Position numbers and translations under genes: made by a program
Source of the DNA: Trypanosoma brucei
Taxonomy: Eukaryota
NCBI GenBank assembly: GCA_000002445.1
Contig: CH464491.1
Coordinates: 4,000,001 to 4,064,000, forward strand
Length of the DNA: 64,000 nucleotides
Reading direction: 5' to 3'
Notes under the pieces: model-generated
Database searches by the model: none
What the model was told of the DNA's origin: nothing
The model's input: the letters and a program-made list of their open reading frames with translations, nothing else
In this document: positions 10,939 to 23,354 of the stretch, piece after piece
How positions within the stretch are numbered: the stretch's first letter is position 1
Layout of the letters: the number at the start of each line of letters is the position of its first letter

Positions 10939-11760
10939 CTACTCAAGGTCTGCCGCAAGCTCCAGCAACCGTTCTCTCAGTACACCTATTTGTTGACGTT
11001 GCGAAACGTCGGGAATACGATTGAGATCCTCGTCCGTCATGCTCACGATGCGCTCTACTTCTTCCTCGCTCAGCTTCGATAGGATTTCTATTATCTCATC
11101 ATTCTGCTCCCGCGGTGGCTCTACCTTCTCGCCCTCCCCCTCGGCTGGAGCCGCTGGAACCGGTGCATCCACTCTAATCCCTCCGTGCTGAATGGCCTCT
11201 GGTGGCAACGGTCCGAAAGGAAGCCGACCGGCATGCTGTAAAATCATAACAACAGCCAGTCGCAACGCAGGATTATTTTCCAGCAACTTGCGAGCCTCAT
11301 TCTTACGCTCCAACACCAGAACCCGTAACTGCTCCACGGCCTCATAGGCATCTGACTGTTGCATTCCCTGCAAGCACTCAAAAATGCTAGTATCATCGCG
11401 ACCGAGAACCGGATCGGTGTATCCACGAGGAAATGTCATCCCCCCGCGCGGGGCTGGTTGCTGTTGATGGGAAGCGTTCTGTTGACGTTGCCTCTTGCGG
11501 CCCCGCGTGGCCGCTGCGGACATAACTTTCATTGGTCGACCACCAAAGGATGTCCCGTTGAGGCGAGCAATGGCTTCCTCTGCACTAGTAGAATCCAAGT
11601 ACTCGGCAAAGCCGTAGCGAAAATCTTTCCCCACGGGCGGACCAAGCAACCGGAAGTCCGTTATGTGGCCCACACTTTCAAAGTGCTTACGCAAACTTCG
11701 CTCCTCCACAAAAAGCGGAACATCCGTGAAGAACACACTCGTCGTCTGTGTGGAGGACAT
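10939..11760 (-). CDS. RRM-domain RNA-binding protein (273 aa), possibly CstF-64-like
   Basis: N-terminal RRM with an RNP-1-like 'FRYGFAEYLD' and an RNP-2-like 'VFFTDVP'. Gly/Arg-rich linker. The C-terminal helical segment 'EEVERIVSMTDEDLNRIPDVSQRQQIGVLRERL' is reminiscent of the CstF-64 C-terminal domain; the family call beyond RRM is inference. Confidence 0.7.
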   Translation of the reverse strand: MSSTQTTSVFFTDVPLFVEERSLRKHFESVGHITDFRLLGPPVGKDFRYGFAEYLDSTSAEEAIARLNGTSFGGRPMKVMSAAATRGRKRQRQQNASHQQQPAPRGGMTFPRGYTDPVLGRDDTSIFECLQGMQQSDAYEAVEQLRVLVLERKNEARKLLENNPALRLAVVMILQHAGRLPFGPLPPEAIQHGGIRVDAPVPAAPAEGEGEKVEPPREQNDEIIEILSKLSEEEVERIVSMTDEDLNRIPDVSQRQQIGVLRERLLELAADLE

Positions 11761-12149
11761 GCTCGACAGTTAAAGCACGAAAATATATATATGTATACAA
11801 TCCTCACCCCTGTGCCTTCCTCTTCCTTTTTCTCGGTACTACCTAGTACGGACAACGCGAAACAGAAAAGTCGGTGGAAGGATAGAGCAATGGCACTGAA
11901 GTGGGGGGAAAGTGTAGTGGAAAGCGCAAATGAAAACAGAGCGAAAGAAGTGGCACATTATTTATCAAACAACACTACATACTATGCGTTACGGAAAGCT
12001 CACCACACGTTTTTCACTTACGAAGCGGTATTCCCGCAGTGTGTAACAACGTGGCAGCAAAACAGAAGAAGCCGCGCCGCTTTACCCTCTCACTGACACA
12101 TCTTTATTGACCTTTGTTACCCACACAAGCACCTATGTGCACAAATAAA

Positions 12150-12545
12150 TTATTCGGCCACCTCGTCTTCCATCGCATCCTCCCAAGCGTGCACCTCAGA
12201 ATACCATTGTAAGGAATGATACGCGATGTACACCGACCCAATGCCGTATCGCACGTAATCTGGGAACAAACGTTGCAGATAAATGAGCCGCAGATTAGGC
12301 CCAAATGTGAACCCCAACGCCGCCGCGATACCAACCTTCGCTCCCCAAATTGGTTGCTGCATGACTGTGGAAAGTCCTGTCGAGAAGCCTAACGCGTATA
12401 TAAGAATGAGGTTGTTAAAAACATTGGACGAACGCAGCGTTCTGCCCTGGACACTGTTAAACATTATCGACGCTAAACAGATACCCATGAGGGGGGTGTT
12501 AACAGCGTAGGGGTTCATCATTTCACGACTCGAACTACCCCCCAT
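12150..12545 (-). CDS. Small membrane protein (131 aa) with an N-terminal MGxxxS myristoylation-type motif and a glycine-zipper TM helix
   Basis: ORF begins MGGSSSR (consensus for N-myristoylation). 'GAKVGIAAALGFTFG' is a GxxxG-type glycine-zipper helix. 2-3 hydrophobic segments in total. Plausible small gene between two supported genes; family unknown. Confidence 0.4.
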   Translation of the reverse strand: MGGSSSREMMNPYAVNTPLMGICLASIMFNSVQGRTLRSSNVFNNLILIYALGFSTGLSTVMQQPIWGAKVGIAAALGFTFGPNLRLIYLQRLFPDYVRYGIGSVYIAYHSLQWYSEVHAWEDAMEDEVAE

Positions 12546-14061
12546 GGTGGTCCCGACACACCCCTAATCAATACCGCCTCACTGTGATCACAGAAATTGC
12601 TGATACAACAAAGGTGTCACCTTTAGTTCAACACCAATTGCTGCACGTATGCTTCCCTGATCTCCGGCGCTGTCGCTCCCTACGCGACGGCGCAAATGGA
12701 CACGGAAACTAACGCAACTGAGTTTGACAAGAGTTTCCTGCTCCTTCAGTGGTCCTCCACGAGCGGAGAAAGGCACCGAAGAACCGCTGAAGGCAAACGG
12801 AAGGTGGCTACAAAGCGAGTATATATCCCAGCAAGCGCATGCAATTGCCCCTATGCGTTGGGTCAAAAAGAAGAGCTAAACCCAAAACAACAAGCGGAAG
12901 AAAATGAAAAAGGTGCACTGTGACATTGCAAAGTACGAAAAAAATTATCCGTGACTGATCTTCGAGCTAGCAAAGCACACAGTGTAGTTTAAAGATAAAA
13001 TTATATTTAAAAGCTCATGGCGGCATCTGCCCTTCCTACGTGCCGCAGTTGCTCTCTCCCCCTCTACCTTACGTTATTGGCGGTACTACGCAAGGGGGGG
13101 CACACCGCTCCACATTTTTCCTTTTGGTTGCTATGTAATCCCCAACCTCAGCCTCCCTTCTTCATTTCCTCTCCTACACTAAATCCCCTCACCACCACAA
13201 CCGAGTCCTTTTCAACACTCCTTGTTTTAATTATATTTTCTTCCATCCCCCGACTCCGATACAACGGCACGATTGTCCTCCTGGACGGGCTCTCAAGGTC
13301 ATGGATGCCGCACTCACACAGGTAAGACCTTCGAACGTGGACGCCATGGAAGAAAGAAAAAAGGTTATTAAATAAATTGATTCATCTACCCACATATACA
13401 AATATACTTATATGTATATATGTATAGTGTTCAAATTATTGTGTTCGCTTTGCTTATTCGAAATATCGCATGCCATTGGTTGATTCCTTAAAGGGAAGAA
13501 ACGGAATGGCGTGGTAAATGCCGACGAATGTGTGTCCAACACCCAAATAACTGACCCTCCTATCACAAGTTGCTGCGCGAAATGTATTTACTTTACTACG
13601 ACCGAGGTATCACCACTTCTTCTCCGCCCTTGCTTCCTCGCTCTCATTACTGCTTTTATCTCTCCAAATAACCCTTCTGCCCACGAAGTACACAGCCCGT
13701 CCTACGAATCTCAGAGTTTTAAACGACATACTTTTAACGATTTGAAGACCGTGGTTCACAGCCGTAAAGTACCACCGCTAGTGACATAGACAGAGGAATC
13801 AGTAACTGCAGGTGAAACAGCCAACGTGGCAAAAGGGTATTAGGGGTACTTCCGTTGCTCGCCACCTCAAAAAAAAAAATCTGATACTATTTTCCCCTCG
13901 CTCCTCCTTCCGTCGCATAAGGTTAAGAAATTTCCAGAGTCTTACGGGACCAATCTCATTCTACAACCAACCTGTATACGACCTCTTGCCACGCTGCACT
14001 GACGACTCGCGCCTTGTTATCCATCTCCCAGGCAATACCACCGCGCTTCTCATTGAGATCC

Positions 14062-17000
14062 TCACATCGCTGCAAGTTGATTTTTTGTTACTTCGTTCAA
14101 CACATCCTGGTCGGCCGCCTTCATGCGCGCCACGATTTCGCCCGCGTGCCTACCTCGGCCCTGAATCACGGGGTGCTGCTGCACGACCCACATTAACACC
14201 TTCTCGTGCACGCGGCGGGCCTCTACGTCATCGCCTCGAACGGGAAGGTTGCTGACGACTAGTGTAAGAACCTCCACCAGTCCCTGCTCCGGAAGAGTGG
14301 AGTGAAACAAGGAAAGAAGCGTGGTCGCTGCACTTACCGCGTTGCACGTAGTAGACTCATAGTCTCCTGTGCGCTGAACAGCAATGAAGCGAGTGAAGAG
14401 AGAACTTACCCGATGCACGAACTCCGGTGTACTCGGGTCGGGGTTACGGCCAAAGTACTGCAACAACAAGTTCATGAGGTAAAAAGCAGACTGCAAGAGA
14501 TCACAGTCTTCACGGCTCTGCGCGAAGTCCAAACAACTCTCGACAATTGTCGGGATGAAGCTTCCAATATGATTCGGCGCATGCTCCACTAATCCGCAAA
14601 GCAGCGCGAGACCGCAAGTAACCACGGAATCCTTCTCATTCTTCTGCAGCAGTTTCTCTAGAACGGGTGCGAACATGACCAAGAAGACAGGGGCAAATAC
14701 GTCACCCGCCCGCTCAAGCATTTTATCGAGGACATTGCAGGTGTCCGAAATGAGTGTGTCGGCCTCTTCCTCCTCACCCTGAAGCCTATCCAGCTCGTCC
14801 TCGTCGTTCTCACCAACCTGGCTCTCCAAACTTTGCACCCGATTCTCCATGGCCCGTTCTAGCACAGCGAGAACCTTTTCACCAATAACGGTAACCGTAT
14901 CTTGTGAGACAAGGCCTGGGGCACTGTCAATGCAACGGCTAATCACCACCGACATCGCACTTGACGCATCCAACTCATCCTCGTCGGCGAACTGGTTCAA
15001 CAACGGATCCATGATGGCAACAGCCAAGTGAGCCCGCTCATCAACTTCATAAGCGTTTAGAACCTCATCCAAAATCGCCGCCCCACTCTCGCGAATAGAT
15101 GAGTTTGACTGGAAACTGAGCAACTTCACTGCGGATTCTGCGATTGCCGGGAGGTGCGGCCCTAGGTGCTTTCCTAAGTACGTGAGCATGGCGCTGAGTA
15201 CACTAGCCGCAAGGTCCTTCTCCTCAATAAGACCGGTGTGCAGCTTAATCTTTTTCACACCCACGCCAGGGACAACAACCCGCATTGTTGCCACTTCTCC
15301 CCCACTCTTTCTTCCTTGCTCATCCTCGTCATCTTCCTCCCCCACCTCAGCGTTTTCCACCTCCATATCGCACTCCATATTCACCATCGAAAGAAGCACA
15401 GGCAGGACGACCTGCAGATAAGGGACCACATCCTCCCTCAGGCAGTCCGTCATGCAAGTCCACCCGCGCATGACATAACGCAACCGCATGTCGTCCTTGC
15501 ATTCTTCTTGCGACAGATGTTGTAGAAGATCACGCAAGTAGTTGCACATATGCTCCGCATACGGCCCGAACCCTTCTCTTCCAACACCACAGGCGAGAAG
15601 CGTTGTGCACTCGATGGCTTTGCACTTCATTTGAATAACATCCGGGGAGTCAGGAACTGCCAGTACCTCTTGAAACACGGGGACAAGGTTATTAACATAC
15701 GGTTTTAGCATGTCTTTGCAGGTTGATATGATAGAGGAAAGCGCCCCCAGGCAATCTTCACGGAGAAACTGATGCGGCGTTTGCCTCAGAAGAGACACTA
15801 GAGAAGCACATAGCCCCTCGACATAGCGTTCAAATTCTTTAACGAAGTGTGGGCTATCCTCTTCATCCTCTTCACATCGATCAAAGAAAGAGTCTAGGCA
15901 GCGTGCTGCCCTCGTTGCTACGGCAGGTATGGGGTCCTCGAGGCACTGAACGACAGCAGGTAAGATCATGTGGCATAGATTCTCCTGGAGTTGAGGGGCA
16001 AAGTCGGTAGACATCTGGGTAAGGCAATCCAACGCACTCGCACGGACATACTTCATATCATCCCGAAGAGCTGGTAGCACCATGCAAACAATGGACTTCA
16101 GGTGCTTTTCAAGCACAGAAGACATCCCTTCAGCGACATAAGTAATTAGAAGTAATGCCGCATTACGTTGCTTCCAGTCGGGGGACTGGATGTTTTCCGA
16201 GAAAAGCTGTTGAGCGAGAGCTTCCAGCTTTCTACCCCCGAGGGCGGAGGCTAATCGGTCGATACCACTGCTGCCGACGGTCTCGTCAAGGTCTTCATCA
16301 AGATCGTCCTCGTCAGTGTTCACACCTTTGACATCCCAGTCGTCAGGAATCGCGGGGTTAACGGTGTATTCGAAGAGCAAACGCAAAAATGATGTTGAAA
16401 AGTCTGGTACCTTCCGCGCTGTTTTTGGTTCACTCTCACAGTAGGTTAAGAGGGCCTCAATAGCCATGTGTCGAGCACCTGGTGCCACAGATGGTGCGGA
16501 AGCCACCTCCATCAGCCCTTGCAGCAATGGAGCAGTGTGCCGCTCAAAAAGCGTTGCAGAGTGAGACACACCCTCCGCCAACTTGCCAGTTAAAGCTTCC
16601 GCGTCCCCCCAATTCGATGCGTTGAGGGCATCTTGCACAGCCTGCAGTATCAGCGGAACCAAATCGGCAAGCTCACGAGACGGTCTGCACATGGTGAGAT
16701 TAAAAATCGCATCCAAAGCTGCTTTTCGCGAATCCACGGACGGGTCGAGAAGGCAGTTCTTCAGGCCTGCCGCTACCCGAACCACATTCGCCTCAAAATG
16801 CTCCGTTAAGGAAGGACCCGTCGCAGCAATAATCTCACAGCAGATTGTTTTCAGCTGATGCGCGGATTCTAAATCTTCAATTATCTGAAAGATAGACTTC
16901 CAAAGCTCATCCCATTCCTTTTCTATGTTTTTCAACTTAACAACAAGGGCACTCACACAGGCAGCAGCCAATGCACGCTGTGCACCAAATGCTGCTTTCC

Positions 17001-17280
17001 CCAGCACCTGTAGCATCAAACCCTTTACAGCGTTCTGCGTCTCAGCGTCTGCTGTGTCAAAACAGTCAGATTTATTTCCAAAAAGTTTTTTTAACAAGAC
17101 AAGGCCCATTTGCATAGTGGAGGTGTTTTCCGTTGACGCGCATAGCTCTGACAAGCAGCACATCATCCAAGTAGCATTCCCGTGAACAAGGGAATCATAC
17201 TGAGCCTCTGCGGATTTTCGAACCTCATTGTCCGCGGAGAGCAGGTTGGTGACAAGCTGGTTCAGCTGCTCTTGGTTCAT
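14062..17280 (-). CDS. Importin-beta family nuclear transport receptor (1072 aa; importin-5/Kap-beta3-like)
   Basis: N-terminal importin-beta N-terminal-like segment 'LLSADNEVRKSAEAQYDSL', followed by ~1000 aa of repetitive helical HEAT/ARM-like units rich in L/A/E. An acidic insert (DEDDLDEDLDE) is typical of karyopherins. Uninterrupted ORF. Confidence 0.8.
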   Translation of the reverse strand: MNQEQLNQLVTNLLSADNEVRKSAEAQYDSLVHGNATWMMCCLSELCASTENTSTMQMGLVLLKKLFGNKSDCFDTADAETQNAVKGLMLQVLGKAAFGAQRALAAACVSALVVKLKNIEKEWDELWKSIFQIIEDLESAHQLKTICCEIIAATGPSLTEHFEANVVRVAAGLKNCLLDPSVDSRKAALDAIFNLTMCRPSRELADLVPLILQAVQDALNASNWGDAEALTGKLAEGVSHSATLFERHTAPLLQGLMEVASAPSVAPGARHMAIEALLTYCESEPKTARKVPDFSTSFLRLLFEYTVNPAIPDDWDVKGVNTDEDDLDEDLDETVGSSGIDRLASALGGRKLEALAQQLFSENIQSPDWKQRNAALLLITYVAEGMSSVLEKHLKSIVCMVLPALRDDMKYVRASALDCLTQMSTDFAPQLQENLCHMILPAVVQCLEDPIPAVATRAARCLDSFFDRCEEDEEDSPHFVKEFERYVEGLCASLVSLLRQTPHQFLREDCLGALSSIISTCKDMLKPYVNNLVPVFQEVLAVPDSPDVIQMKCKAIECTTLLACGVGREGFGPYAEHMCNYLRDLLQHLSQEECKDDMRLRYVMRGWTCMTDCLREDVVPYLQVVLPVLLSMVNMECDMEVENAEVGEEDDEDEQGRKSGGEVATMRVVVPGVGVKKIKLHTGLIEEKDLAASVLSAMLTYLGKHLGPHLPAIAESAVKLLSFQSNSSIRESGAAILDEVLNAYEVDERAHLAVAIMDPLLNQFADEDELDASSAMSVVISRCIDSAPGLVSQDTVTVIGEKVLAVLERAMENRVQSLESQVGENDEDELDRLQGEEEEADTLISDTCNVLDKMLERAGDVFAPVFLVMFAPVLEKLLQKNEKDSVVTCGLALLCGLVEHAPNHIGSFIPTIVESCLDFAQSREDCDLLQSAFYLMNLLLQYFGRNPDPSTPEFVHRVSSLFTRFIAVQRTGDYESTTCNAVSAATTLLSLFHSTLPEQGLVEVLTLVVSNLPVRGDDVEARRVHEKVLMWVVQQHPVIQGRGRHAGEIVARMKAADQDVLNEVTKNQLAAM

Positions 17281-19330
17281 GGGATGTAGATACTTTTGAT
17301 CTTAAGAAATCTTTTTACAAGAAAAGGGAAAGACTCTCCCGTTCTGTCCCTTTGATCGTTCCCCTGGACGTTCACAAGGTCGATGTTTATTTCGTTAAAG
17401 ATAACCAATTGTTTCTTTCTTATTTCCTTCTTACTCCTTAATTTCTCTTCCGGTTTACAGCTGTCTCCCTTTGTTCACACCTTACGTTTGCAATCGTACT
17501 CGTGGCTATACCACGCGGTAAACCCAAGTGGAGAAAAAGTGTTTCAGAGAAAATTTGATTGGTGTGCTGTTGGGGGGGGGGGAGAGTTGCGCACCAATTC
17601 ATATTGAAGCGAAAACGGTAGCAGAAGTAACAGCAACAATTTGTTTTAAAAGGGAAGCAATGCCCCAGAAGCATTACCCAAAATAAACTACTGTGTAAAT
17701 ACAGGGGGTTCATAATTATGCAGTCGATAAATAAACTAAGAGGACGTGGAATCGCCGTAGAAACCAAACCAACACACGAAAAAAAAAAGAGACTGTGTAA
17801 AAACACGAACTAATAACAAAAGCAGGACAGGCAGTAGAAAATATGCTGTTATTTGTTTCATAGTAGCATATATTACTTCCATGCTAAAACAAAAAGATGG
17901 TTGATGTGTCCGTGGTCGTAGACAAACCCCCGGCGTAGCAACTTGCAAAACGGAAAAAACAGGCAACATGGTAAGTGTTTCACGCACGTTAGAACACAGT
18001 TTACATAGAGGGAGAGCAGGCCACATGCAATTAATTTCGAAATAAAAAAAACTGTTATCCGAGAAAAATTGGTGGGAGAGTAGCTATCCTGTGAGTTGCA
18101 CCAGTTCAGTTACAGTCAAAGGATATGTCACACTGCGCCTGTAAGTTGTTCAAAATGCTCTGACCGCTCCATCTGAGGGTCAGATAAACCACTTACGAAG
18201 AGCCCATCTTTGCTTTGTCGTCTACGTGGGTTCAGTCATACAACAGCATATGGTACGTCCGTGACCCACCGCGGAAAACGAAAACTGTCACTGCACAGAA
18301 CATCGCATAACTTCGGCAACCGAGGTCACTGGAAGTGCGTATGATAGTGGAACAAGTATAGATACAAGTGTGCACCGGGTAACGTCACTTGTGGTGCCGA
18401 AACCGAGACGACTGTATTCGGTAGCAACATCATTTCTCGCATCACTGCGTGATCAAGAATGCACAACAGCCATTTTATTGTATAAATGCGAGCGTACACA
18501 CAACAGTACGAACTTTTTTAAAATTTAAGCTGCAGAGTTTAGTACACAGAATGTGAGGAGGCTAATCCCTTGGGACCGTTACCTAACAAGATTCCAGAAA
18601 ATTTAACTTTCTAGAAACGATTGTACAATGTAGTCTCCACCCTTAACCCTGTAGCAGTAAAAGCTGCAGGTACTCGAGAGGTAGGTCACTATTCTGTCAA
18701 GCTGTCCCCTGCTCGAACCATAATAGAAGATCGGGTGTGCAAATGCGTGAGAGAAGTAAATTTCTTCATCCGCTGGCCTGGGGCGAGGGTCTCGGAAGCC
18801 GTGACAGCATACGACAAACGTATGACACATTGTAGCGCCCTTCTTTATCACCTGTATCCATGATAATCCCGTTTAGTCATACTGTATAAACTAGTCCAGC
18901 AAAATTACGCAATCACACCTTCAATAACCTACAGCGGTACTCTGCAGTGGGCAGGCTCCGGCGTTAGCGTGGGTTCCAACGGCATGAACGAGTGATAGAA
19001 ACCCTCCCTCGCTACGTAGAAAAGAACACAGTTTTGCGCATGCAAACTACACACAATATTCAACAACGAGAAAAAAACTAACACTTGGTCGCGGCGCAAT
19101 GTCCTTTGGAAAAGCTGTATATATGGCAAAAGCAGGGTCACAAATTTTTGAAAGCAAGGTCGTCCCATTTGTTGCAGGTTGTAATTTTGGCATTATCACA
19201 TGAGAAGATAGTGCGTGAAGAGGCGACACTTCTAGTAGAGCCCGGTTACCCAAGAAAAAAACAAGGAACACAAAATAAGAGAGTACCTTCTTAGCCAAAG
19301 AAGTGGAAGAAACGACATAAAATACATATA

Positions 19331-19741
19331 TCACGATTCTTTCGTTCTTGTTCCTTTTTCCTTCCTAAGCAACTCGTTGTTGACCATAACATAAGGATGT
19401 CCACATATTTTTTTGCTGTGCCGCGTATTGTTTCTAAGAAGGTACTGGGATAGCCAAGATATAGGGTGCGTATTTCCAGTAGGTCCGTAGCGATGGGAAA
19501 CCTCGTCGGGTTCCAAAGCGCACTGCTGCTGACGCTTTACTAATTCGTACAGGGCTGGAACGAGTGTTGGGAAGACGTTTTCACGCAAATATGTGACATT
19601 TTCTCCCTCACACGATGCATTGACAGCTGTCTCGACATCCTCATATCCGCACCAAATCTGCTCTTCAATCAGCCGAATCATCATAGCCTCACTAAGAGCC
19701 TGTGTATCCGCCGATACCTCCATTGTAGTTACGTCTATCAA
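19331..19741 (-). CDS. Dpy-30 motif-containing protein (136 aa)
   Basis: 'YLRENVFPTLVPALYELVKRQ...' followed by '...HPISWLSQYLLRNN' matches the Dpy-30 dimerisation/docking motif pattern (YL..V.P.L..GL..L......P.DP...L..YLL.N). Confidence 0.6.
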   Translation of the reverse strand: MIDVTTMEVSADTQALSEAMMIRLIEEQIWCGYEDVETAVNASCEGENVTYLRENVFPTLVPALYELVKRQQQCALEPDEVSHRYGPTGNTHPISWLSQYLLRNNTRHSKKICGHPYVMVNNELLRKEKGTRTKES

Positions 19742-22700
19742 CCCCTAAAAAGAATCAAAAAGTAAGAGGTTGTTATGTTTAAGAATTGATGTGCGTGCAA
19801 GTAGGGGCAAACATCCATAGGTACATTGTGTTTAAGCGGTCGCATCACAGCTCAGCTTCAAAAAAAACGATCCCATTATTATAAATAACTGGCAGTTAAG
19901 CACCCCCAGGTTATGTGTATATGTGTACGTGCGTTTGTGCATATGAATGTGCGTACTTATATAGTGGGTAAATTGGAAACGCAAGGAAACGTGTTGACAA
20001 AAAATTAAACGCATCAGCAACGACGAAGAGAAAAATCCAAATAAACAACAGGGAAGTCTTTTGTAAACCACGCACGTTCCTCCACGTACTATGCGACAGA
20101 AATTTTTATTTATCGATACACCAAGACAGTATTTGCTAAGGAATTGCCACGCAGGTTGATGTGAAGGATAAGATATATCCATTTATTAACTAAATGGACG
20201 AAAGCGGATGGAAGTGTCAAACAATCAAGGAAAAATTAAATGCGCCCAGAAAATCAACGATTTTCACTGGTCGTACGAATAGCAACTTCCATTATACCTC
20301 AATAAAGAAAAAATAGCCCTGGGAAAGTGAGGTAGCTAGAACTGTTACTACTTGCATAGTACGCCTTTTCAAGCAAGCAACTTCAGGCGGTATACCTACC
20401 AACTTATCAAGTCACCTGAGATCAGTGGGGAAATCAAGATATCTAGTAACAGAAAACATGTCCACAATGCAGAGAGAGTGAATTAGATCCACAACATGAA
20501 GAAAAGGATGATTGAGTCAGGAAAAAAAAATCACGGCAAACGTGAGTTTAGTTTTGACATAGCGGTGGAGCGGTACATCAATCCCGAAAAAATACGAAGC
20601 GCAACTCCGTGTGTCCGATGATCAAACGACACTTCTTCACCACGGCACAAATCATAGGAAGGGCACCAAACGACGATGCTACAAAACCTTCAGACCATTG
20701 CATAAGTTCATTACCCCATAGCTCACCGTCGGAAACAAGTTTGCAGAGATATGAGTTACTCAGCCCTGCTTACCGGTAATTTCCGTGATGTCAAAAACGT
20801 CGAAGGTGAAAGAAGGACGAAAACCCCACCCTCGGCAGCTGTCGCTTCCCATTACACGCACCTTGCAGATAATCTTCCAGTTTGTCGCAAACAGGGCAAC
20901 AGCTGCGCCAACAGCACACAAATACAAAGCCACGAAACCGCCTCCTCCTCTGCCTCCCCCCCCCCCAAATATCACACACAATACACTCAAAGGTGTGTGG
21001 TAACGTCAAAATTCTGACGTCTTTTTCGGTGATGCAGCATGCCAAGCCTGAGACTCCTGATGAAATACTGAAGAAGAAAATTAACATTAGCAGGTCAAAT
21101 TTTCGTAGGTTTAATCTCGAGTTTTCCTACAAACTTCAGGAAACCAAGGTTCATAAAGATCATTAGCAACATTTGTTACATAAGCCAAACAGATGCATTA
21201 CTTCAAATAACGAGGACATATACAACCAAAGGCACTGTGCACCGATGGGTGGCACCGTCGTGCAACGACACAAACGCTTTCTGCCGGATGACATATGTCG
21301 GGAAATGCATTTTATCTACTGAAGAGGGAGATAGTGCAACCCTCTTTGATGAGACTGGCCCCTTCGTATATACGCCCTTCCTCCTTACCACCTGAAACGG
21401 TACGACATCGTAACTGTTGCGTCGTTATTATTCCACTCTCATACGTCGACTTCTTCTCATCACAAAACTGGCGCCACGGAACCATTACACAGGGGTGGTA
21501 CAACCCGTGAGCAACAAATAACATACGCAACATCAGTTTTAGAGGGACGTTACAAATTATTTTGGATCATTTCCGGGAAGAGTGAATTTTGACTCAACAA
21601 ACTAAGCGTTGCGCAGCCAATAAATGAGAAATAAGACCCCCTGGCCAACTCGCAGACAAGTGCTCACCACACAAAAGGTTGGTTGTGCAGGGGGGAACGT
21701 GTGAAGACATGAAAATAACGTGGTGACGTCAATACTGGAGTTGTGGTGTCACATATGACTTCCGCTTCACCATATACTTTGCCAACCCACATATCGCTCT
21801 TATACCTAATGGAAAGTAGTGGAGCGCCCAAGAAATACGAAAACTCGCCAACAAGCAACTTCCAAGACATTACAATCACTGTCTACATGTGCTCGAACGG
21901 TCTTCAAACGAACCTCTTCTTGAGGTAGATAGGCTACATTCAGACATAAGCGCATGTTCTTCGAGTAATGAAAGGATGCAAGTTGTATGACAGCACGACT
22001 CTTGTGACCACCAAAGGGTGGCACCCGTTCAAAAGTAAAAAAAAGATTGACGCGTCCACCCAAGATATTTGTCCGCTGCATTATTGCATGGAGACAGGAA
22101 ACGGCAATCGGTTCTTTCGACCGCGCTAGGTGAAAATGCCAACTTCCCGAAGTCTCAGCTCTATCGCCTTTAGTGGAGCCGTTTTCCCCTTCATGCGCTT
22201 TACGACCACAAAGGGCACACAGATCTGTATACCGAATAGCAAGTTCTACCACGTTTGAATAAAGGTGCACAGATGATTGTACAGAGGGGAATGTCATTGC
22301 ACAACCTTTCTACCCTTTAAGCCCCTTGTCCCTGCTGCCCCTCAGCACCCAGTTAATTGACCGTTCAGCCAGGTTCATCCTATTTTTCCAATGGAAACAA
22401 CACTGCCGGATGCAAAAGAGTCAAAACAGGGGAGCAGAAACCAGATTCCTCCCCCTCCTTCCCCCTGAGAATTAATAGCGATACATGAGCTCCCATGTTG
22501 CCCCTAAAGGCATACAAGAAACTAGGCCAAAGGTGAACCACATGGGAAGCGGCCGGAGTAGCAGAAAAACAAATCGATTCTGACCACTTCAACACAGAGC
22601 CAGGGCTCCGCACCTCCCCAAGGTAAGGCGAGACAACTACTCACAACCACCTCACCATAATTATCCTGTGGAGGAAAGACCGAGGTCTTGGTCCGCCGCG

Positions 22701-23354
22701 GGCGGCGCAGCACATCCACAGAGGGACAAATATCGCAGCTAGCGGCTTCGCGGGAGCGGAGTCACCAACAACAACACCAACGGCACCGAATTACCACCTA
22801 CACACCCCTGGAAGAACGCCACTGGGCTCGTGGCGGGGACGGCGCCTAACCATCCTCTCGCCCACTGTTTCCATCACTTTTCTTCAGGGCCTCTCCCTCC
22901 CATTCTCATTTCTCTTGCCCTTAGGCGTCGGCGGCCCTTCGTTTGCGACCATTGTGGGATGCGCCTGTGTTTCCAAACCCCACATGGGGCTAAGCAAACG
23001 CGACGCAAGTGGGGGACGGGCGCGGCACTCGGCGGCACCGTTCCACTGCGGGGGGAGAGACCATGCAGACTTTCTCGAACCCGCATAAATCGTACGATCG
23101 GGCCCTTTACAAAACATTGTTCACGACGAGAACGTTCCAACCAGCAGCGGTTCAGTAAGTGCGACAACGTTTCCCCCCAGTCGTTGCGCTGGCTTATGCC
23201 TTCGAGTGTCGCATGGAAGTGCTGGCCCCCCTCTTATCAAGTGTACGGCTCATCCGATTGCACGCTGTAGCGCGCGCATTGAGCACACCGCCGCCGCGGC
23301 GCGCGTCTGACTAGCAAGTGAAGTCCACCGGCGCCAACTTAATGCACTAGAACC

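Noticed and set aside
21806-22297. 163-aa minus-strand ORF and other short ORFs (22830..23270 +, 23380..23817 +) in the gene-poor interval
   Set aside because: No motifs, mutually overlapping frames on both strands, and located in probable degenerate repeat/retroposon sequence. Not reported as genes. They may be decayed fragments of element ORFs.
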